Source: Alphaproteobacteria bacterium
GTDB lineage: Bacteria > Pseudomonadota > Alphaproteobacteria > SP197
Length of the DNA stretch: 64,000 nt
Direction: 5' to 3'
NCBI GenBank assembly: GCA_965228895.1
Contig: OZ245842.1
Location: 1,248,001-1,312,000 of the forward strand
The position numbers were made by a program, and so were the translations under genes. Position 1 is the stretch's first letter. The number at the start of each line of letters is the position of its first letter. Shown here one piece after another: positions 50,680-58,816 of the stretch. Below the pieces are notes generated by a model that had not been told where the DNA came from, ran no database searches, and worked only from the letters and a program-made list of their open reading frames with translations.

Positions 50680-51554
50680 CAGTTACCCACGAACTCCGCG
50701 TACTCGGGATAACCGATCGTGGCGTAGGCGGCGCGCACGTAGTCGTAGTCGCTGTCGTCGACCTCGGCGATGAACTTCATGCCGGCGTATTTCTGATTGT
50801 CTTCGCCGACCAGGATGGCGGCGACCAGGTCGTCGGAATGCTCGACAAAGGCCGTGCGCAAGACCTCGATAGTGGTCGGATCGACGTGAGCGCCGGCGAC
50901 CAGCAGGTCGTTCGGCAGGTCGGGGCCGCGGCCGATGACCTTGAACGCACCGGGCTCGAACGCCGTCTCACCGGCGCGGATGCCCAGGAACTTGCCGTAG
51001 TTCATGCCGACTGCCGCGATATCGCCGCGCTTCAGCGATTCCCAGGCGATGTTGCGGCTGGTGTGCACGACCTCGACGTCGTCGAGCATGATGCCGTAGT
51101 CGGCCAGCACCTGGGCGGGCGCCAGGTGGTTGGAGGTCGAGCCGACATCGCCGAAGGCGACCTTCTGGCCCACCAGATCGGCCGGGACGTTATAGTCGCT
51201 ATCGGCCATGACGATGATGCCGGAGAAGTAGTCGGGCCGGGAGAAACCGACCACCGGTGTCGCGTTGGCGCGCTTGTTGATCACGACATACTCGGCGGGA
51301 CCGGTCAGCACAAAGTCGACCTTTTCGGCGTTCAACGCCTCGACGGCCGCCGTGCGGCTGTTGACCGGCAGAAACTCGATCTCATGGCCCGTCGCTTCCG
51401 CGAGGGTGTCCCGGAAAGCGCCGAACTCCGTTTGAAGCATTTCCAGGCCGACAATGTCGGTAACGGCCAAACGAATGGTGTCGGCTGCCTGAGCGGCGGT
51501 GGCGAATGTCGCCAGCGCGGCTGCTGCGGCCAATCGGGTGATCCAACGTGTCAT
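50679..51554 (-). CDS. phnD: Second phosphate/phosphite/phosphonate ABC substrate-binding protein
   Basis: Signal peptide, LAVTDIVGLE, GPAEY, GSTSNHL.P, LPND; clearly divergent from phnD1. Confidence 0.82.
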   Translation of the reverse strand: MTRWITRLAAAAALATFATAAQAADTIRLAVTDIVGLEMLQTEFGAFRDTLAEATGHEIEFLPVNSRTAAVEALNAEKVDFVLTGPAEYVVINKRANATPVVGFSRPDYFSGIIVMADSDYNVPADLVGQKVAFGDVGSTSNHLAPAQVLADYGIMLDDVEVVHTSRNIAWESLKRGDIAAVGMNYGKFLGIRAGETAFEPGAFKVIGRGPDLPNDLLVAGAHVDPTTIEVLRTAFVEHSDDLVAAILVGEDNQKYAGMKFIAEVDDSDYDYVRAAYATIGYPEYAEFVGN

Positions 51555-51613
51555 GGCGATGGTCTCCGTGCCAGAAGGTGAGAAGGGCGCGGCATTGGGG
51601 CCGCACAAAAATT

Positions 51614-51730
51614 TGTCTAGATGAATCTGGCGACAGAACGATGACACGGTTACAAAGGCTTCGTGACGAATTGGCGCACCGGCGGTTGTTTAGGTTCGTC
51701 ATGGTGATGTCATGGAAACCGGCTAGACGA
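51614..51730. promoter_or_regulatory. Divergent phnD2/phnM2 promoter with Pho-box-like arrays on both strands and PhnF-like sites
   Basis: Minus strand TCGTCAC-N15-GTGTCAT-N4-CTGTCGC (51630-51669); plus strand TCGTCAT-N4-ATGTCAT (51696-51713); GTCTAGATGAA (51615-51625); GGCTAGACGA (51721-51730). Confidence 0.65.
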
Positions 51731-51753
51731 AGCCCAACATCGGGGGATTTGGA

Positions 51754-52911
51754 ATGTTGGATCTACGCATTGATGGCGCCCGCCTGCTGCGCGAAACGGG
51801 CGAGCCAAAAGCCGGCGCCATCGGCATGCAGGATGGCTGTCTGGTTGTCGACTGTGATGGTCGTGAGGCAAAGCGCGCGGTTCGCGCCGACGGCTACTTG
51901 CTCGCGCCCGGCATCATCGACATTCACGGCGATGCGTTCGAGCGCCAGATCATGCCGCGGCCGGGCGTGCATTTCGATATGCGGTTGGCGCTCGCCGATA
52001 CCGACCGTCAACTCGTCGCAAACGGCATTACAACAGCATTTCATGGCGTGACCTATTCGTGGGAGCCGGGCTTGCGCGGACGCGAGAACTGCGTGTCGCT
52101 ACTCGATGCCCTCGAATCCATGCGGCCCCGGCTTGCCGCCGACAACCAGTTTCATCTGCGTTTTGAGACCTTCAACTTGGATGGCGCCGCGGACGTGACA
52201 GCCTGGCTGGACGCCAACCGCGTCGGCATCCTGGCGTTCAACGATCACGCGTTGGAGATTGCCGACCATGTTGACGTACCGAAGAAGGTCGCCGACTACG
52301 TCCATCGCACCGGCCTTGACGTGAATGAGTTCAAGGATCTGGTTGACCGTGTCGTCGCGCGGGCCGGTGAAGTGCCGGCCATGACGGCGAGTTTGGCGGA
52401 GCACGCGCGCGCGCACGGTATCGCCATGTTATCCCACGATGATCCGGATCCTGAGACCCGCGCATCCTATCGCGCGCTGGGTTGTCTCGTCGCCGAGTTC
52501 CCGGAAACCGAGGATACCGCCCGCGCGGCGCGGCAGGCCGGCGACGATGTCGTCATGGGCGCACCCAATGTGGTGCGTGGCGGCAGCCAACGCGCCGCTG
52601 TCGGCGCCGCCGATCTGGTCGTACAGGGACTCTGCGACGTCCTGGCGTCGGACTATTACTATCCCGCCCAATTGCAGGCCGCCTTTCGCTTGTTTCGCGA
52701 AGGCAGCCTGACGCTTCCCGATGCGTGGGCCCTGATCGCCGGCAATGCCGCGCATGCTGCCGGCCTGAAAGATCGCGGCGTGCTGGCCGACGGCAAGCGC
52801 GCTGATGTCGTGTTGATCGACGATCGGGATATCGCTCTGCCGCGGGTCGCCGCAACTTACGTTGCGGGTACAACCGCCTTTCTCGGCGACGACGCCCTGC
52901 TTGCCGCTTGA
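51754..52911 (+). CDS. phnM: Second PhnM-family amidohydrolase
   Basis: PGIIDIHGDAFER..MPRPG, SWEPGLR, FNDH, SHDD, AEFP, MGAPNVVRGGS, LASDYYYP. Confidence 0.88.
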   Translation: MLDLRIDGARLLRETGEPKAGAIGMQDGCLVVDCDGREAKRAVRADGYLLAPGIIDIHGDAFERQIMPRPGVHFDMRLALADTDRQLVANGITTAFHGVTYSWEPGLRGRENCVSLLDALESMRPRLAADNQFHLRFETFNLDGAADVTAWLDANRVGILAFNDHALEIADHVDVPKKVADYVHRTGLDVNEFKDLVDRVVARAGEVPAMTASLAEHARAHGIAMLSHDDPDPETRASYRALGCLVAEFPETEDTARAARQAGDDVVMGAPNVVRGGSQRAAVGAADLVVQGLCDVLASDYYYPAQLQAAFRLFREGSLTLPDAWALIAGNAAHAAGLKDRGVLADGKRADVVLIDDRDIALPRVAATYVAGTTAFLGDDALLAA

Positions 52912-52925
52912 TTCGGCGCTAAGCC

Positions 52926-53726
52926 CTAGGGCTTGGTGGCGCTAACCAGATGCGCCGGCGAGGCAAACGAAACGCGCCCGTCATCTTCGGCGAACTGCGC
53001 CAGATCCTTGCGGGCTTCCTCTTGAAAGCGCGCGTACTGCTGGTCATCAATCAGGTCGGCTAGCGTCCAACCCTTGACGTCCGTGTGCACCCAGGCATCG
53101 ATGGACGGGAAATTGGCCGTGCCCGTCACGGTCTCCAATGTCGCATCCTTGATGTCGGCTTCGTCGAATAGCCGAAGCACATCGGCGGATTCGCCGAGCG
53201 TGAAGGGCGCGCGCATGGCATTGGCAACGGACGTACCGAACAGACGTTGCAGTAGCGCCGTGACCGCCTGATAACCCGGCGAGCGTTCAAGACTGTCCCA
53301 GACCGCGACGACCATGCGGCCGCCGGGCCGTAGCACACGGTGCATCTGCGATAGTGCGGCCACTTGATCCTCAAAGAACATCAGACCGAACTGGCTGACG
53401 ACCGTGTCGAACGAATCGTCGTCGAACGGCAGATCCTCGGCCATGCCTTCGCGCCAGGTGATGCCCGGCGTCACACGCGCGGCCACCGCCAGCATGTCGG
53501 CATTGCAGTCGAGCCCGGTGACCGAGCCGCCTGGTCCGACTCGCGCCGCAGCCTCGCGGGCCAAGACGCCGGTGCCGCAGGCAACATCCAGCACATCGTC
53601 GGACGGGGCGAGTCGCGCGGTGTCAACGATGCGCGGTGCCCACTCGCCGAACAGCGCGGGGACAAAGAACGTCTCGTAGATGTCGGCTGCGCTCGCTGTT
53701 ACCTGGCCTTGATCTTGTGCTTGCAT
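52926..53726 (-). CDS. Class I SAM-dependent methyltransferase (UbiE-like)
   Basis: VLDVACGTG, LPFDDDSFD, QFGLMFF, LRPGG. Confidence 0.9.
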   Translation of the reverse strand: MQAQDQGQVTASAADIYETFFVPALFGEWAPRIVDTARLAPSDDVLDVACGTGVLAREAAARVGPGGSVTGLDCNADMLAVAARVTPGITWREGMAEDLPFDDDSFDTVVSQFGLMFFEDQVAALSQMHRVLRPGGRMVVAVWDSLERSPGYQAVTALLQRLFGTSVANAMRAPFTLGESADVLRLFDEADIKDATLETVTGTANFPSIDAWVHTDVKGWTLADLIDDQQYARFQEEARKDLAQFAEDDGRVSFASPAHLVSATKP

Positions 53727-53844
53727 CGTCTCGCTGCCTCGTTAGGGAGATATCGTGATAGCGAGCCGACGCGGATAAACCTAGTCCACAAAATGTAGTT
53801 AACGCATACTGATCTGGCCATGAGACAGCGTGGGGAAACGCGCT

Positions 53845-54546
53845 ATGAAGAGCTATGGTCAGTTCTGCCCGGTCGCCAAGGCAGCCGAACTGTTTTGTGA
53901 ACGCTGGACGCCGTTGATCATCCGCGACCTGTCGACCGGGGCGACCCGCTTTTCGGAGCTGAAACGTGGCGTTCCGCTGATGTCGCCAACGCTGCTATCG
54001 CGCCGCCTGAAGGATCTTGAAGCAGAAGGCATTATTGAGCGGCGACCCAAGCCGAAAGGCCGCGGCGCTACCTATCACTTGACCGAGGCGGGGATGGAGT
54101 TCGTCCCCATGGTCCAGGCGCTTGGGTTATGGGGCCGCCGCTGGTCGCGCCGTCAGCTTGCCGACGGCGAGATCGACCTGGGTCTCCTGATCTGGGCGCT
54201 CGAACGCCGCGCGAAGACCGACGCCTTCGGGCACACACCGAGCGTCGTCAAGCTTGAGCTTCGCGATCAGCCCGCCGGCAAACGGCATTGGTGGTTTGTC
54301 AATTGGCCCGAGGGGTGTGAGCTCTGTCTTGAGGACCCGGGTTTCGATGTCGATCTCTACGTCACCTGCACGCTTGCCGACATGATCTACCTGATGCGCG
54401 GTGACCTCCCGATATCACGTGCGATCGAGGAGGACCGGCTCGACCTGGTGGGGACACACCGCGCACGGCGCGCGCTACGCACGTGGCTCAATCCCAATCC
54501 ACTGGCATCGGTCAAGTCGATGCATGGCGCCGACGCGATGGTCTAG
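53845..54546 (+). CDS. HxlR-family wHTH regulator with C-terminal SCP2-like domain
   Basis: YGQFCPVAKAAE...ERWT.LI.R.L, RF.EL.RG.P..S..LL..RL, LC..DPG..VD. Confidence 0.88.
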   Translation: MKSYGQFCPVAKAAELFCERWTPLIIRDLSTGATRFSELKRGVPLMSPTLLSRRLKDLEAEGIIERRPKPKGRGATYHLTEAGMEFVPMVQALGLWGRRWSRRQLADGEIDLGLLIWALERRAKTDAFGHTPSVVKLELRDQPAGKRHWWFVNWPEGCELCLEDPGFDVDLYVTCTLADMIYLMRGDLPISRAIEEDRLDLVGTHRARRALRTWLNPNPLASVKSMHGADAMV

Positions 54547-55520
54547 TTCCGCGGCCGGTCAAACAGGTCACACCACGCGCCGATATCAGCGTTATGGGTG
54601 TGTGTTTGGCGGGATTGCCTTAGCGCAACGCGCAAGGCGGTGCGACCGAGCCGGCTACGCGGCCTTTCGTAGTGCCGGGGATCAGTGCCATCATCCATAG
54701 CCGTCCTGACCCGTGATTTCTCAGTCAAGAATTCTGCCGGCCCCCAGTCGTTCAGCAAGGTCTGGAATGCATCGAACGCCCTGTTATTAAACGGCGTCTT
54801 GCGTCCGAGCGCATCCATCAACGGGTTGGCGGGGTAGAGGCTGAGGCACGGCAGAAAACCGGGCGGTACCGGAATGTTGGCCGAATGGGTGCGGCCGCTC
54901 TTCAGGAACTTCGGCTGGACATGGGTGTGCGGTCCTTCCGGTGTTTTATCACGGCCGATCGCCTGATAGACCTCGATCCGGCCCAGCGTTGAGACGGCGA
55001 TGCGATGGGGATCGGCGGCGATGATTGCGGCCATCGCACCGCATGTGGGGTCAAGGATTGATCGCCCGACAAACTGGCGAAGCTGCGCCAGCAAAGCGGG
55101 GTCGCTCGTGCGGATGCAAAAGTCGATATTGCGCGCGTCGAGGCCGGTGTCGAACAGAATGGCATCGCGGTCGACCGGGCGAATGGCCCGGCGATCCGGT
55201 CCAAGTTCGGTCAGGGTCGCTCGTCTGTTCGAGGCTGCTACCGATTTGGGCAGGCAGAAGATGACGCCCTGCTGCCAGCGCTCACGGCGCCGGCTGAGCG
55301 TTTCGTAAGCGACCGGCCTGACATCGTCGTGCAGCTCGAGGCGCATCGCGCCGCGAGATGTGGCGATGGTCAGATTGTCGCTATCGTCCAGGCAGAGCGG
55401 TTCGTTGGCGCCGCGGTGAAACTCGGCGATAGCGCCGAACGATCCGATACTGAAGCTGCTGGCGGGGTCGTGCAGGTGCTCTTGAAGCTGGCGTTTGACC
55501 TCAGACTTCTCTCGGGACAT
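54543..55520 (-). CDS. Conserved hypothetical protein (DUF6925-like, from memory)
   Basis: 325-aa ORF with family-like motifs SIGSFGAIAEF, GRIEVYQ, PEGPHTH, RTHSA; 22 bp downstream of a Rieske gene on the same strand. Confidence 0.65.
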   Translation of the reverse strand: MSREKSEVKRQLQEHLHDPASSFSIGSFGAIAEFHRGANEPLCLDDSDNLTIATSRGAMRLELHDDVRPVAYETLSRRRERWQQGVIFCLPKSVAASNRRATLTELGPDRRAIRPVDRDAILFDTGLDARNIDFCIRTSDPALLAQLRQFVGRSILDPTCGAMAAIIAADPHRIAVSTLGRIEVYQAIGRDKTPEGPHTHVQPKFLKSGRTHSANIPVPPGFLPCLSLYPANPLMDALGRKTPFNNRAFDAFQTLLNDWGPAEFLTEKSRVRTAMDDGTDPRHYERPRSRLGRTALRVALRQSRQTHTHNADIGAWCDLFDRPRN

Positions 55521-55541
55521 GCGTGCCTCGCCCCTTCGCTC

Positions 55542-56690
55542 TCACGAAGCCGGAACGTAATCCATGACCTGGCGCTGGAAGAACGGCAGCGCGTCTTCGA
55601 AGCCGGACAGTGGGCCGATCTCGTAGGCCGGTGACCCCATACCCGCCTGTACGGCCTCGCAGGCATGGATATCCTCCAACATCACGTTGTCGGTTTCGAG
55701 CGGATGGTGATCTTTGTCCGTCGGCATGTGGAAACTCAGCATTCCCTTCGCGCTGACCACACATTCCGGCAGCGCCTCGTCCGGGATCGTCTGATTGCCG
55801 AGTCGTTCGACCGCCGAAGGTTCGGCCAGCAGGCGGATGTCGATGAGCGATTGGTCGGGTGCCAGGGGTGTGACGTGAAAGGTCGACCACGAGGTCGCGG
55901 TTTCATAGAGCGCCAAGTTAGGGAACAGGACATAGGCGCCGGCGCCATACGCGCTGTCGACGCCGTCGATCACCGGCAGCACCTCGTTATCGTGGCTGAC
56001 GCCCGGCTTGAGCGGGCGGTGAAACATCCAGTGCCGACCTGCCGGCCACCAATGCTGCTTGGTGAAGTCGCCGTCGCCGAGCGACTTCGGATGCAAATAG
56101 AAAAAGTGATAACCGTCGATAAAGTTCTCGATGATGATCTTCCAGTTGGCGTTACAGCGATAGCGCACGTCGCTGACCTCCACGAGATCTTCGATCGGGT
56201 GCGGCCCAACGCGGTCGCCAAAGCCCGACAGCCACGTCTCCAACGGTTCGGTCTCCGGGTCGGGGTGGACGAAGACCAAGTTGCGCCAAACCGCGATCGC
56301 CGCAGGCTTGAGACTCAGGCAGGCCTTCTCCAGGCCAGGGAACTGCTCGTTCTCCTGGGGAACCGCAATCAGCCGCCCGCCCAGGTCATAGGTCCAGTTG
56401 TGATAGAAACAGCGAATCGACTTTCCGGCATTGCCGCTGCCGTCGAGCAGCCGCGAGCCGCGATGGCGGCAAAGATTGTGGAAGGCGCGAAGTTCGCCGC
56501 CCCTGTCGCGCAGCACCACCAGCGGGTATCGGCCCGCCATGAGGCAGCGATAGTCACCGGCGTGCGGTAGGTCGCTTGTAAAGCAGACGAAATTCCAGAC
56601 GCCGCCGAAAAGGTCGGTCTGTTCGGCCTCGAACCAGCCGGAGTCGGTATAGGCATGGATGGGTAGCTGCTGCTGGGGCCCTGACGCCAT
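55542..56690 (-). CDS. Rieske non-heme iron oxygenase alpha subunit
   Basis: CRHRG...CFYHNW, NWK...ENFIDGYH....H, FPN, ED...CE.VQ.G. Confidence 0.9.
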   Translation of the reverse strand: MASGPQQQLPIHAYTDSGWFEAEQTDLFGGVWNFVCFTSDLPHAGDYRCLMAGRYPLVVLRDRGGELRAFHNLCRHRGSRLLDGSGNAGKSIRCFYHNWTYDLGGRLIAVPQENEQFPGLEKACLSLKPAAIAVWRNLVFVHPDPETEPLETWLSGFGDRVGPHPIEDLVEVSDVRYRCNANWKIIIENFIDGYHFFYLHPKSLGDGDFTKQHWWPAGRHWMFHRPLKPGVSHDNEVLPVIDGVDSAYGAGAYVLFPNLALYETATSWSTFHVTPLAPDQSLIDIRLLAEPSAVERLGNQTIPDEALPECVVSAKGMLSFHMPTDKDHHPLETDNVMLEDIHACEAVQAGMGSPAYEIGPLSGFEDALPFFQRQVMDYVPAS

Positions 56691-56902
56691 AGCGATGCTC
56701 CTTGGATCGTGTTTGCATCCGGCGGGTCAATCCTGCCTCAAACGCGGGTGACAAGCCAACCGGCGCCCCGACGAACCGAAATCCCCACAAATTGCGCGAA
56801 TGTCGGTTGTTCGGGCATGGCGAATTGCGGCCAGTCTGTATAGGATAGCGCCAGTCCCAAAACCTCAGACACGCCACCGCGCCACGTCCGGCGCGGCTAA
56901 AG

Positions 56903-58816
56903 GTGACCATGACGACGGCTCAAACCGGCGTCGGTGGATCAAGCCGCACCCCGCGCCTTGATACCGAAACCGACGCCAGATATCGCACCGATGTATCCAA
57001 TCTGGATACCCGCGTGCTCATGCGCATCACCGCGATGGCGTTTCGCTATCCCGGACGCATGGCGCTCGCCATGACGGCGACGGTGCTGGCCGGCCTGTTC
57101 ATGCTCTTCGTGCCCCAGTTCCTGGGCGACGCGGTCGACCAGGCGAACAGTCTTTTAGCCGGTGCCGACGACACGAGCAGCCGCGACCTGGCGAAAGCGG
57201 CGCTGTTTCAGACCGCCATGCTGCTGCTGGGCGCCAGCGTGATGCGCGGCCTCTGCACGATGATGCAGAACTATCAGGGCGAAGCGGTCGGCCAGTTGAT
57301 CGGCTACGATCTGCGCCTTGCCTACTATCGAAAACTCCAGTCCTTGAGCTTTTCGTGGCACGACCGCGTTCACAGCGGCGACCTGATGACGCGCGGCATC
57401 CTGGATATCGAGGGCGTCCGGATGTGGGTGGATACAGGCATTCTGCGCATGATCCTGCTGACCGTGTTGATCGGCGGTGGCGCGTTCATCTTGATCCAGA
57501 CCGATCTTGTGCTTGGCCTGGTCGCCTTGAGTTTCGTGCCGGTTGTTGGCGTGCGCGCCTCGATCGCGCGCATCAAGCTCAGAAGTGCATGGCTGCGCCT
57601 GCAAGACGAGCTTTCCGTCCTGACCAAGGTGATGGAGGAGAACCTGGGTGGCATCCGCGTCGTGCGGGCGTTTGCCGCGCAGACGTTCGAGCTTGCCCGT
57701 TTCGATGTCATCTCCAACAGCGCCATGGCGATTGCACGCGAGCGGGTCTATCTCTTCGTGCGCAACGCGACCCAGATGACCTACATCTATTTCATCGCCA
57801 TGGGTCTGGTGCTGTGGGTCGGCGGACAGAAAACGATCGATGGCGAGATCACGATCGGTCAGTTTGCCGAGTTCCTGGCCTTTATGTCGATCCTGCAGAT
57901 GCCGGTGCGCCAGATCGGCTGGATGATCAATTCGATCGCGCGAGCCTCGACCTGCGGTGGCCGGCTGTTCAACGTGCTCGATCTGGAACCGTCGATTGCC
58001 GACAAGCCGGGTGCGCGTGATCTGGTTATCACCGATGGCGTCATGCGCTTTGAGAACGTCGACTTCCAATACCCCGCCTTGGCCCGTGACGAGCGGACGC
58101 TGACGGGCATCAGTCTGGAGGCCCGGCCCGGCAAGACAATCGGCATTGTCGGGCCGCCGGGCAGCGGCAAGTCAACGATCGCCCATCTGATGGGGCGCTA
58201 CTACGACGTGACGGGCGGGCGGATCACCATCGATGGCCAGGATATCCGCGATGTCACGCTGGAATCGCTGCGCCATGCGGTCAGCATTGTGCAGCAGGAA
58301 CCGTTCCTGTTCACCGCCAGCCTCGATCACAACGTCGCCTATGGTGATCCGTGGGCCGGGCGCAGCAGCATCGAACACTCGGCGTCGGCGGCACAGCTTC
58401 ACAACTATGTCCGCCAGTTGCCGACCGGATACGGCACGCTGGTCGGCGAACGTGGTGTGTCGCTTTCCGGCGGCCAGCGTCAACGGCTCTCGATCGCGCG
58501 CGGCATTCTGCCGGAAAGCAGCGTTCTCGTGTTCGACGACTCGACAGCAGCCGTCGATGCGGCAACCGAGCAGCGTATCCGCGCTGCGCTGAAAGATGTC
58601 GTCAGAGAGCGCGCCGTCATCATCATCGCTCACCGGCTCAGTTCTCTCATGCATGCCGATGAGATCCTGTTCCTGGACGGCGGCCGCATTGTCGAGCGCG
58701 GCAGTCATGATGCGCTGATGGCCGCGGGCGGCCGTTATCGCGAGCTCTACGATCTACAGGCCCAGCCGGCTGATGCTCGGCCGTTGCGCGAACGGGATGA
58801 GGGGGAGGGGCCATGA
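56903..58816 (+). CDS. ABC exporter, fused TMD-NBD, subunit 1 of a heterodimer
   Basis: TM domain; GPPGSGKST, LSGGQRQR, Walker B VFDD, IIAH. Confidence 0.92.
   Translation: MTMTTAQTGVGGSSRTPRLDTETDARYRTDVSNLDTRVLMRITAMAFRYPGRMALAMTATVLAGLFMLFVPQFLGDAVDQANSLLAGADDTSSRDLAKAALFQTAMLLLGASVMRGLCTMMQNYQGEAVGQLIGYDLRLAYYRKLQSLSFSWHDRVHSGDLMTRGILDIEGVRMWVDTGILRMILLTVLIGGGAFILIQTDLVLGLVALSFVPVVGVRASIARIKLRSAWLRLQDELSVLTKVMEENLGGIRVVRAFAAQTFELARFDVISNSAMAIARERVYLFVRNATQMTYIYFIAMGLVLWVGGQKTIDGEITIGQFAEFLAFMSILQMPVRQIGWMINSIARASTCGGRLFNVLDLEPSIADKPGARDLVITDGVMRFENVDFQYPALARDERTLTGISLEARPGKTIGIVGPPGSGKSTIAHLMGRYYDVTGGRITIDGQDIRDVTLESLRHAVSIVQQEPFLFTASLDHNVAYGDPWAGRSSIEHSASAAQLHNYVRQLPTGYGTLVGERGVSLSGGQRQRLSIARGILPESSVLVFDDSTAAVDAATEQRIRAALKDVVRERAVIIIAHRLSSLMHADEILFLDGGRIVERGSHDALMAAGGRYRELYDLQAQPADARPLRERDEGEGP

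Noticed and set aside
34401-52911. Phosphonate biosynthetic gene cluster
   Set aside because: No pepM, phosphonopyruvate decarboxylase or cytidylyltransferase; the phn genes are catabolic.
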